Shown here piece after piece: positions 7,291 through 14,058 of a stretch of 24,000 nt of DNA (the first letter of the stretch is position 1; each line of letters opens with the position of its first letter). The position numbers and the translations under genes were made by a program. Location: the NCBI GenBank assembly GCA_963663845.2, contig OY760650.2, forward strand, positions 1,468,927-1,492,926, given 5' to 3'. This DNA comes from Terriglobia bacterium. GTDB lineage: Bacteria; Acidobacteriota; Terriglobia; Versatilivoradales; Versatilivoraceae. The notes under the pieces are model-generated. The model did not search any database, was not told where the DNA came from, and saw nothing but the letters and a program-made list of their open reading frames with translations.

Positions 7291-9861
7291 TCAGTGGTTT
7301 TCCGCGAATTCGCGAGAGGTGATCAGGGCCCACAGCAGATCTTCCAGGGCCTCTCCGCGTTGGGGGTGGGAGCCGACCAGCGCGGCCAGCCGGTTCGACT
7401 CCTCCTCGGTGGGAAAGCGGGAAAGGGCGGCCAGGTAGAGTTCCTCGATCGCCTCCCGGTCCGAGGCTTGACGTTCGAGCAGCCCCTCCAGGCGGCCTCC
7501 CGGCCTGCCCAGCTTTCGGTTGTAGGTCGAGCCGACCAGGATGTGCAGCGCCTGGCTGAGGTTGACCTTGTTGTCTCGTCCTCCCACCGCATCCCGCTGA
7601 GGCCGGCCATAGATGTCCAGGAACCGGGACCGGTAGCTGGCGGGAAACTTCAGATTGATGGCCCGTGTTCCCGGAGCCGCCGTTTCGTAGGCGTAGATTT
7701 CATTCCCGGGAGGCACGAAGTCCTCGGGAACGCCGGTCGCCGCCGATACGGCGTCCAGCAGCACTTCGGCTTCCAGGGGTCGAGGCAGCGCGTGGGAGTA
7801 GTTGACGTGGTCGTCCCGATTCCCCGGATGGGTCCGGCTGGAGAGCTGATAGGTCCCGGAGAGGACGATGCGACGGATCAGGTGCTTCAGATCGTAGCCG
7901 TGGTCGCGGAAATCTTCGGCCAACCGCTGCAGCAGGCGGGGATGGGTGGCCGGATTCCCCAAGCGGAAATCGTCCACCGGCTCGACCAGCCCTCTTCCGA
8001 AGAAATGCCCCCAGTAGCGGTTGACGGTGGCCCTCGCAAAGTCGGGATGGTCCGTCATCCAGCGAGCCAGCTCCAGGCGCTGGTCGGTTCTGGAAGCAGG
8101 CGCCAGGGCCGTCCCGTCCAGGAAGGCGGGCTCCACCCGGGTCTTGCGGCGGGGATGGGTGACCTGCTTGAAGACCAGAGAGGTCTGTCCCATTTCCCCG
8201 TAGTCCTGTTCGTGCCCTGCCGGATCATCAAAGACGACCATGTTCGACCCGTTGCCGACGTTGGTGGCTCGACCGAAGAAGGCGGCCAGGCCCCAGAACT
8301 GGTTTTGGGTCCAGAGGTCGTAGGGATGGTTGTGGCACTGGGCGCAATCCATGCGACGCCCGAAGAAGACCCGGAACTGCTCGGCCACCACCGTTTCCAC
8401 GCTGGCGCCGGCCCGAATGAGGTGCTTGGAGGCCCCATCGGATCCCTGGGCGGCGATCCTCTCCTGGGCGACCAGGTCGTAAGGCTTGTTGGAGGCCAGG
8501 CTCTGCCGTATCCACTCCCAGTAGTCGTAGGCGGAAAGCCGGACCCGGAAGAGATCCGACCAGCGAAAGGTCCAGTAGTCCACGTATTCGGCGGAATCGA
8601 GCAGGACTTCCACCAGCTTCTCCCGCTTTTCGGGGTCGCGGCTGGCCAGGAACTCCCGCACTCGTTCCGGAGGCGGCAGCGTTCCGGTCACGTCCAGGCA
8701 GACGCGCCGCAGGAACTCGGCATCGTCGGCCGGCGGAGAGGGACGGATGTGGAAGCGCTCCAGCTTGTCGAAGATTTCCTCGTCGATCAAGTTGTTCCGC
8801 GCCACCCGGGGGAAGCCGTCCAGGGTCCGGCGAATCACGCCGAAGCGGGCGTGGCCCACCTTGCCCGCGGCCCGAACCAGGACCACGGCTTCGCCGGCGC
8901 GCCGGCCCTGCACGCGGCCTCCGGAACCGACCTCCAGCACCTCCCGGTTCAGAGATTCAAAGCGAACCTGCCCGGTAATGTCTTCGCTGCGGCCGTCGGA
9001 CAAATACGCCGTGACCAGCATCTGGTAACCGCCGTCCTCGAGCACCACCGCCTCTTGCGGAAAGACCTCCAGCCGCTGGATCACCGGGTCCGTCCCGGCG
9101 GGCCGGCCATAGGGGGCGCCGGCTCGAATCCAGCGCAGGATCGTCCGGTAGTCTGTGGATCCTTCTTCGAAGCGCATCCCCCCGCCGTGGGGCTGCCCCA
9201 GGGTCGGTTTCAGCAGGAGGAGGCTGTTCTCGGGGGCTTGGAGGTCGATGCGGGGGTTTCGCGGCCCTCGGGGCTCGTCGGTGAGCACCTGGTAGCCGCC
9301 GCCCTGGACAATCCAGTCGTAATCTTCCGCCGGATGCATGGCATTGGAGGAGAGTCGAAACCCGCCTCGGCCTTTCACCCCGCCGTGACAACTGCTGCCG
9401 TTGCAACCCTGCCTGGTCAGGATTCGGGCAATGTCGGTGACGAAGCTGGCCGGATCCCTCCTGCCGGACTGGCTGGTCCGGACCGCGGCCAGGGCGCTGT
9501 GGCCGCCCAGCGACGCCCTGAGCGTGGCTTCACCGTCGGAGACCGAAACCAGCTTGCCTTCCGGACCCAGGCTGGCCACCTCGGGGCGGGAAATCGAGAG
9601 GCTTGCCTGCGCCGTCACCTCCCGCTCCAGGCCGTCAGAGCCGGTCGCCAGCACCAGAACGCGCTGGCCGGCGCCGGCTCCCGACAGCGCCACCTGCTCC
9701 GGCACCAGCCGCAGGGAGACGATCTCCGAGGATGCCTGTCGATCCTCCGCCAGGGCGCAAACCGGAACGAGGCACCCCAACAGGCTGGCCGCCAGACCGA
9801 GGAAGCCGGCAGCGAGTTTCGCCCGGAACGGCCCAATGCGATTGGCTGACGTCATGGACAT
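7291..9861 (-). CDS. DUF1549/DUF1553 (PSCyt/PSD 'planctomycete cytochrome'-type) protein with N-terminal Ig-like segment; module copy 1, gene 2
   Basis: The signal peptide follows ATG 9859-9861 (MSMTSANRIGPFRAKLAAGFLGLAASLLGCLVPVCALA). The ORF track starts earlier, at 9963. Family motifs are GCNGSSCHGGVKGRGGFRLS, FIDEEIFDKLERFHIRPSPPADDAEFLRRVCLDVTGTLPP, RMDCAQCHNHPYDLWTQNQFWGLAAFF and the C-terminal LWALITSREFAENH. Confidence 0.9.
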   Translation of the reverse strand: MSMTSANRIGPFRAKLAAGFLGLAASLLGCLVPVCALAEDRQASSEIVSLRLVPEQVALSGAGAGQRVLVLATGSDGLEREVTAQASLSISRPEVASLGPEGKLVSVSDGEATLRASLGGHSALAAVRTSQSGRRDPASFVTDIARILTRQGCNGSSCHGGVKGRGGFRLSSNAMHPAEDYDWIVQGGGYQVLTDEPRGPRNPRIDLQAPENSLLLLKPTLGQPHGGGMRFEEGSTDYRTILRWIRAGAPYGRPAGTDPVIQRLEVFPQEAVVLEDGGYQMLVTAYLSDGRSEDITGQVRFESLNREVLEVGSGGRVQGRRAGEAVVLVRAAGKVGHARFGVIRRTLDGFPRVARNNLIDEEIFDKLERFHIRPSPPADDAEFLRRVCLDVTGTLPPPERVREFLASRDPEKREKLVEVLLDSAEYVDYWTFRWSDLFRVRLSAYDYWEWIRQSLASNKPYDLVAQERIAAQGSDGASKHLIRAGASVETVVAEQFRVFFGRRMDCAQCHNHPYDLWTQNQFWGLAAFFGRATNVGNGSNMVVFDDPAGHEQDYGEMGQTSLVFKQVTHPRRKTRVEPAFLDGTALAPASRTDQRLELARWMTDHPDFARATVNRYWGHFFGRGLVEPVDDFRLGNPATHPRLLQRLAEDFRDHGYDLKHLIRRIVLSGTYQLSSRTHPGNRDDHVNYSHALPRPLEAEVLLDAVSAATGVPEDFVPPGNEIYAYETAAPGTRAINLKFPASYRSRFLDIYGRPQRDAVGGRDNKVNLSQALHILVGSTYNRKLGRPGGRLEGLLERQASDREAIEELYLAALSRFPTEEESNRLAALVGSHPQRGEALEDLLWALITSREFAENH

Positions 9862-9999
9862 CGCCGCCTTGATTGAAACGACAGCCGACGCCCAATGGCT
9901 GGAAACCGGTTCAGAGTCAAGCATGGGCAAATTGTTTGATTCACATCGATGCACAGGATGCACAGGATTTTTCTTCTTGTCTGAAACAAAAGCCTCGAC

Positions 10000-11406
10000 T
10001 CAACCAGTCGGAACTTGCGGAAGCAGTTGAAAGCCAAGGGATTTAGCAGCATCTTTGAGGCCCGCGAGGCGGCGTTGCCGGAAGCGGTCTTCGTAGAGGT
10101 CCTGCCCGATGTCGACATAGTCCTGGCCGTAGCGCAGCATTCGGTAAACGAGAACGGCCAGCCTGCGGGCCATGCAGAAGACGGCGACACTCCATCCCTT
10201 GTGGCGGGCCTTGCGACGGAAGGCGGCGCCGAGAGCGGTCTTGGAGTGCTTGAGGGAGACGGCCGCCATGCGCAGGACGCCAGCGACCCGGGTGGACCCG
10301 GTGCCGTTGGGCTTCTTGTAGTGGAGCGGCTTGCCTGCGGAAACGGCCGTTTTCGGAGCCAGGCGCAGCCAGGAGACGAAGTGCTTCTCCGAGGGGAAGG
10401 CCGTCAGGTCAAAGCCGGCCTCGGTCAGCAGGGTCAGGGCGGCTTCGGTGCCGATGCCGTCGATGCGCGTCAGGTCGACCCCGGCAAAGCGCCACAGTTC
10501 GGTGCGCACGTTTTGGCCGCCCCGGCGGCGAATCGCCTTCTCCTTGATCGCATTGGGATGCTTGGGCGCGGATTGGTCGCGGCGCTCCACCGGTTGCAAG
10601 GCGCGTATCTCCTCCAGGATGCGCGCCTCATAGGCCGCGATCTCGCGCTGAGTCATGTCATATAACTTGAGCGCCGACTCGAGGTTGAACAGATGCTCCT
10701 CCCGCCAGTTGCCCGCCAGGTGCTCGGCAAACTCCTCGCTGGACTTCTTGCACCGCCCATGACGCAGGGCCGCCAGACGGCGAGGGTCCCGCTCTCCGTC
10801 CACAATCGCCCGCACGATCGCCATTCCCGTCTGACCGGTCAGATCGGTGACCGCACGATGGATCTGGATGTTCATCTGATCCAGCGCCTTCTGCATCCAC
10901 TGGACAAAACGGGTGCTTTCCCTCACCAGATTGCTCATCTGCCGGTGCAGACCCCGGATGGCGACGATGATCTCGTGCGGACGGAACGATCCCCGCAGCA
11001 AGCCACAACTGTGCAGCAACTGAATCCACTGGCAGTCCCGCATGTCGGTCTTGCGGCCCGGAACGTAGCGCAGTTGCCGGGCGTTGACCAGCAGGACCTC
11101 GATGCCGCAGGACTCCAGCAGTTCGTAAAGGGGAATCCAATACACGTTGGTGCTCTCCATCGCCACCGACTCCACCCCTTGCTCCAGCAACCACTCGACC
11201 AGTTGCTGCAACTGCGGCATGGTGGTGCCGAAGGTGCGCACGTTCGGCGTCCCAGCGGTCACCTCTGGAGCGCACACCCAGTGCTCCCGACTCCCCAGGT
11301 CGATCCCCGCCACCTGGGGGTGTATCCGCGACAACGCCGTGGAACTGCTGCGCTTCCTCTTGCGGCTTTTCTTCGCCTTCGTGTTGACTTTTCTGCTCTT
11401 GTCCAT
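10000..11406 (-). CDS. IS110 family transposase (DEDD recombinase)
   Basis: 468 aa. The N-terminal DEDD_Tnp_IS110-type blocks are VAGIDLGSREHWVC and VAMESTNVYWIPLYELL. The C-terminal Transposase_20-type blocks are LTRIDGIGTEAALTLLTEAG and FPSEKHFVSWLRLAPKTAVSAGK. The RBS GAGGAGG lies 8 nt before the ATG. Confidence 0.93.
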   Translation of the reverse strand: MDKSRKVNTKAKKSRKRKRSSSTALSRIHPQVAGIDLGSREHWVCAPEVTAGTPNVRTFGTTMPQLQQLVEWLLEQGVESVAMESTNVYWIPLYELLESCGIEVLLVNARQLRYVPGRKTDMRDCQWIQLLHSCGLLRGSFRPHEIIVAIRGLHRQMSNLVRESTRFVQWMQKALDQMNIQIHRAVTDLTGQTGMAIVRAIVDGERDPRRLAALRHGRCKKSSEEFAEHLAGNWREEHLFNLESALKLYDMTQREIAAYEARILEEIRALQPVERRDQSAPKHPNAIKEKAIRRRGGQNVRTELWRFAGVDLTRIDGIGTEAALTLLTEAGFDLTAFPSEKHFVSWLRLAPKTAVSAGKPLHYKKPNGTGSTRVAGVLRMAAVSLKHSKTALGAAFRRKARHKGWSVAVFCMARRLAVLVYRMLRYGQDYVDIGQDLYEDRFRQRRLAGLKDAAKSLGFQLLPQVPTG

Positions 11407-11604
11407 GAGATTGGCCTCCTCGGGGGCGATGGCTCCGGCCCGAGTTGGCGTGGTCGTTCGGATTCTTGTCTTGAGGAGAGCTTCCAGAGAAGCCTCACTA
11501 ATGAATGATGGCCTGCTCGGACCCAGACTTGCCTTGGGGCACTGGGCACCAATGTTCGCACGGGGTGTAGCTGCCGGAGCCTCGCCAGGAGCCTATTCTG
11601 TCAC

Positions 11605-11640
11605 AATGATCCGTTGTTTCACCCTCGGATGATCTGCCCG
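11605..11640 (+). repeat. Fragment of repeat family E (copy c)
   Basis: AATGATCCGTTGTTTCACCCTCGGATGATCTGCCC aligns with GACGATTGAGTGTTTCACTCTCGAATGATCCGCAC (14001-14035) and with the reverse complement of 3178-3212. Confidence 0.55.
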
Positions 11641-11759
11641 GCAGGGCAGGGGTGGTGCTTGCCTGAAACAAACGGAAAAAAGAGGAATCCACGAAGACAC
11701 ACGAAGGACGACGAAGGGCCACCAAGCGGGACGGCTCTGTCGCATCGGCAGGGGCTGTG

Positions 11760-11969
11760 CCTCCTCGCGGAGCAAGAAGGATGGGAGGAGGCGCCCCTCC
11801 GGGAGCGCGGGCGTCTCGCCCGCATCCCCTGCGTCGGGTGGCCGCTCCGTTTCCCCGTGGTGCGACGCCCGGCCACCCTGCCGGCAGGAACGGCCTGAGC
11901 TCGGCTGAAGCGGAATCGTGGCGCCGTTGCCGGTCGAGCACGGTGGAGGAGAGGGGTGAGGCTGTGCCA
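11760..11969 (+). repeat. Left part of a composite H-armed repeat, interrupted at 11969/11970 by the group II intron
   Basis: Aligns by eye at roughly 80% with 22600-22808. The shared blocks are CCTCCTCG.GGAG.AAGA..GATGGGAGGAGGC, then CCGGGAGCGCGGGCGTCYCGCCCGCATCC (core at 11799-11825, hairpin at 11807-11823), then GGCCACCCTGCCGGC.GGAAC, then CTGTGCC. Confidence 0.75.
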
Positions 11970-12016
11970 GTGTTGTATCGCGGTAGGAATCCGCATTGCT
12001 GGGGACCCCCCGCACA

Positions 12017-12049
12017 GATCCGGACGTGCGCAGCTAGCGCATCCGGCTC
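12017..12049 (-). ncRNA. Group II intron domain V hairpin
   Basis: The minus strand reads GAGCCGGAU-GCGC-UAGCU-GCGC-AC-GUCCGGAUC. This is the canonical 9-bp basal helix with the AGC triad, a 2-nt AC bulge and a distal helix. It starts 5 nt after the IEP stop codon. Confidence 0.75.
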
Positions 12050-12054
12050 CTCCC

Positions 12055-13521
12055 TCAGGTGTTGACGAGCATTCGTCGGTCCGGCCATGGATGCCGGATT
12101 CCCAGTCTCGGCCAGTAGGTCGCCGCCAGTCGGTTCATCGCCTCCCAGCTATATCCGCCCTTCTGGGATCGTCGATTGATTGCTCGCATCCACAATCTCA
12201 GGACGTGGCTCGCAAAGCGTCTCAGATAGCGCAGGCTGGTCGGGACAGCAAAGTAGTTCAGCCATCCGTTCAACACTCGCCCCAGCCATTTGCCGGTCTT
12301 CCCGATGCCTTCATGCATCCGCCTGCTCAGCTCCTCCTTCACTCGCTTCAGGGTGCGCCTCATCCGTTTCGCTATCGGTTTGCGCCCCAGCCCGTAGCGT
12401 CCCTTCCGGTCCTTCCTGCAATAGTGCGTGAAGCCCAGGAAGTCGAACGTTTCCGGTCTCCCCTCCCCCCTCCTTCGTCGGTTCTCTGCCGCATACCGTC
12501 CGAACTCGATGAGTCGGGTCTTCTCCGGGTGCATCTCCAACTCGAACCGTCCGATTCGCTCCTTCAGGTCGTTGAGGAATCGCTCCGCATCCCGCCGGTA
12601 CTGAAATCCCACCACGAAGTCGTCGGCGTACCGCACCATCAGGGTCTCGCCTTCGGCCTCGCGGGTCCGCCATTGCCTCTGGAACCAGAGGTCCAAACCG
12701 TAATGCAGGTAGACGTTCGCCAGGATCGGCGATATCACCGCCCCTTGCGGCGTCCCCTTCAGGTCGTCCCTCCACTCTCCATCCTCCATGACGCCGGCGT
12801 TCAACCACTTGGCAATCAACCGTATCACCCGCTCATCCCCGATGCGGTGCCTCAGAAACCGCAGCATCCAGTCCCGCGACACGTTGTCGAAGAATCCGCG
12901 TATGTCCGCGTCGATGATCCACCTGATCTTCCGCCGCCCGATCCCGACCGCCAGGGCGTCCAGCGCATCGTGCCCCCCTCGGCCAGGTCGAAACCCGTAA
13001 CTGAACCCCAGGAACTCCGCCTCATATATCGGCGTCAGCAGGTTGTCCGCCACGGCCTTCTGGACGATCTTGTCCTCCAGCGCCGCCACGCCAAGCGGTC
13101 GTGTCCCGCCATCCGCCTTGGGTATCTTCACCCGCCGCGATGGCGTCGCCCGGTACGCTCCCCGCTGTACCCGGTCATGCAGGTCGACCAATCGATCTTC
13201 CAACCCAACCGCGTACTCTTTCCACGTCATGCCGTCCACGCCGGGGGCCGCCCACCTCTTCAACTCCCCGTAGGCTTTCCTCAACGCCTCCACCGTGATG
13301 TGGTGCAGCAGCGCCGTCAACCGACTCTTCGGTTCCCGTTCGATGAACTCCCGTATCCGGTCCGCCGCCTGGGACACGCTCCCCCGTCTCTGCGTCCGGC
13401 GCGTGCTTTGGCTTTCCGGCTTCCCTTCGGGTAAGGCCCTTCGCTCCACCGACTCCGCCGGGAATCTCTCCCCTTTGTTCGCCGGCTTCTCCACTACTAT
13501 GGCCTCATCTGACTTCTTCAT
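12055..13521 (-). CDS. Group II intron reverse transcriptase/maturase (no endonuclease domain evident)
   Basis: RT blocks are RVKIPKADGGTRPLGVAALEDKIVQ, GFRPGRGGHDALDAL, GTPQGAVISPILANVYL and YADDFVVG. Maturase blocks are FDFLGFTHY and LNGWLNYFA. The C-terminus is GIRHPWPDRRMLVNT. The start is placed at the second ATG (MKKSDEAIVV), 9 nt after GGAG. The ORF track begins 9 nt earlier, at 13530. Confidence 0.93.
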   Translation of the reverse strand: MKKSDEAIVVEKPANKGERFPAESVERRALPEGKPESQSTRRTQRRGSVSQAADRIREFIEREPKSRLTALLHHITVEALRKAYGELKRWAAPGVDGMTWKEYAVGLEDRLVDLHDRVQRGAYRATPSRRVKIPKADGGTRPLGVAALEDKIVQKAVADNLLTPIYEAEFLGFSYGFRPGRGGHDALDALAVGIGRRKIRWIIDADIRGFFDNVSRDWMLRFLRHRIGDERVIRLIAKWLNAGVMEDGEWRDDLKGTPQGAVISPILANVYLHYGLDLWFQRQWRTREAEGETLMVRYADDFVVGFQYRRDAERFLNDLKERIGRFELEMHPEKTRLIEFGRYAAENRRRRGEGRPETFDFLGFTHYCRKDRKGRYGLGRKPIAKRMRRTLKRVKEELSRRMHEGIGKTGKWLGRVLNGWLNYFAVPTSLRYLRRFASHVLRLWMRAINRRSQKGGYSWEAMNRLAATYWPRLGIRHPWPDRRMLVNT

Positions 13522-13888
13522 GCCGTGCATCTCCGGTCTCGGATCTCTCCTTCCCTTTGCGGTCCCGCCACGACTGACGGAACAGCATGAAGACCTCCCA
13601 GGTCCCGGTGAAGCGCTTACGTGCGTGCCTGGGTTCTAAGACACCGCGGGGCTCCTCTCCCCCTCACCTTGGCGGTGGAGCGGATCTTGCCTTCGGCTGC
13701 CCGCATGGCCTCGGCACCCCGGATGAGCGTGTTTTCGGTGCTCAATAGCCCTGCCCACACGCACCCCTGTCAACGCTTGACCCACACCCTCGCGGTTGTA
13801 GGCCCATGACTCGGGGCGGAAGTGGTGGTTAACCTTTCCTTCCCGCCGGACTTTCACCGGCTACGCTTCACCAGTTAGCCTGGCGCTC

Positions 13889-14055
13889 GCGGGCGAGACG
13901 CCCGCGCTCCCGGGGGGGCCTTCATCCCATGACGGCGTCACAGCCAAGCAGGTCCATTGGTATTCGTGTCCATTGGTGTTCATTCGTGGTTCGTCTTTTT
14001 GACGATTGAGTGTTTCACTCTCGAATGATCCGCACCGTCGTGGGGGACGGGGGCA
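13889..14055 (-). repeat. H hairpin arm plus repeat family E (copy a); forms the 5' exon of the intron
   Basis: The hairpin GCGGGCG-AGA-CGCCCGC is at 13889-13905 and the H core at 13889-13913. The rest is family E, with ATTCGTG/ATTGGTG at 13962, 13972 and 13982, then GAGTGTTTCACTCTCGAATGATCCGCACCGTCGTGG to about 14055. The element begins only a few nt after the stop of the 14059-15975 gene. Confidence 0.8.
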
Positions 14056-14058
14056 CAG

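Larger units (their letters stand above)
9991..11657 (-). mobile_element. IS110-family insertion sequence (outer limits approximate)
   Basis: Contains the transposase gene plus a ~190-250 nt non-coding region 5' of it and under 40 nt 3' of it. It is bracketed by an imperfect 15-nt direct repeat, CTTGTCTGAAACAAA (9976-9990) and CTTGCCTGAAACAAA (11658-11672). A host-type repeat fragment at 11605-11640 argues the true upstream end may instead be near 11604. Confidence 0.6.
11970..13888 (-). mobile_element. Group II intron (~1.9 kb) with intron-encoded RT/maturase
   Basis: The 5' end on the minus strand at 13888 reads GAGCGCCAGGCUAACUGGUGAAGCGUAGCCGGUGAAAGUCCGG, domain-I-like. The ORF sits in domain IV. 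Domain V is at 12049-12017. A domain VI-like helix with a bulged A and an ...ACAACAC end lies near 11970. The flanks are homologous to an uninterrupted repeat at 22600-22841. The 3' boundary is uncertain by about 6 nt. Confidence 0.8.

Noticed and set aside
6325-9849. 1174-aa plus-strand ORF spanning both the DUF1501 and DUF1549/DUF1553 genes
   Set aside because: It is antisense to two genes with clear family motifs. Its translation is Arg/Gly/Pro/Val-rich low-information sequence with no recognisable domain. Long stop-free antisense frames are expected at this GC content.
9951-9968. Tandem GCACAGGAT x2 just upstream of the copy 1 DUF1549/DUF1553 gene as a regulatory repeat
   Set aside because: There are only two units and no further copies in the window. 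It lies at the uncertain IS110 boundary and cannot be distinguished from chance or from IS-end sequence.
11757-12065. Small ORFs through the composite repeats (11757-12065 and 22578-22964 plus strand; 11619-11996 and 22551-23060 minus strand) sharing peptides such as GARASRPHP and PAGRVAGRR
   Set aside because: The similarity is explained by DNA-level repeats that are open in several frames on both strands. Differences between copies include indels that shift the frame. There are no start or RBS context and no known domain.
12055-13530. The reverse transcriptase as a retron, DGR or defence-associated (DRT/Abi) RT
   Set aside because: It has a maturase (X) domain and a YADD motif. It is embedded between domain-I-like RNA sequence and a canonical domain V hairpin. 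No template or variable repeat pair and no msr/msd-like inverted repeats are evident.
14031-14035. GTGCG (minus strand) as the group II intron 5' splice site, which would give a more typical ~500-nt 5' segment
   Set aside because: The same GTGCGGATCAT... sequence starts repeat family E copy b at 3178, where no intron follows. The 140 nt after it is repeat sequence, not domain I. Domain-I-like sequence and the break in homology with the empty-site element both begin at 13888.
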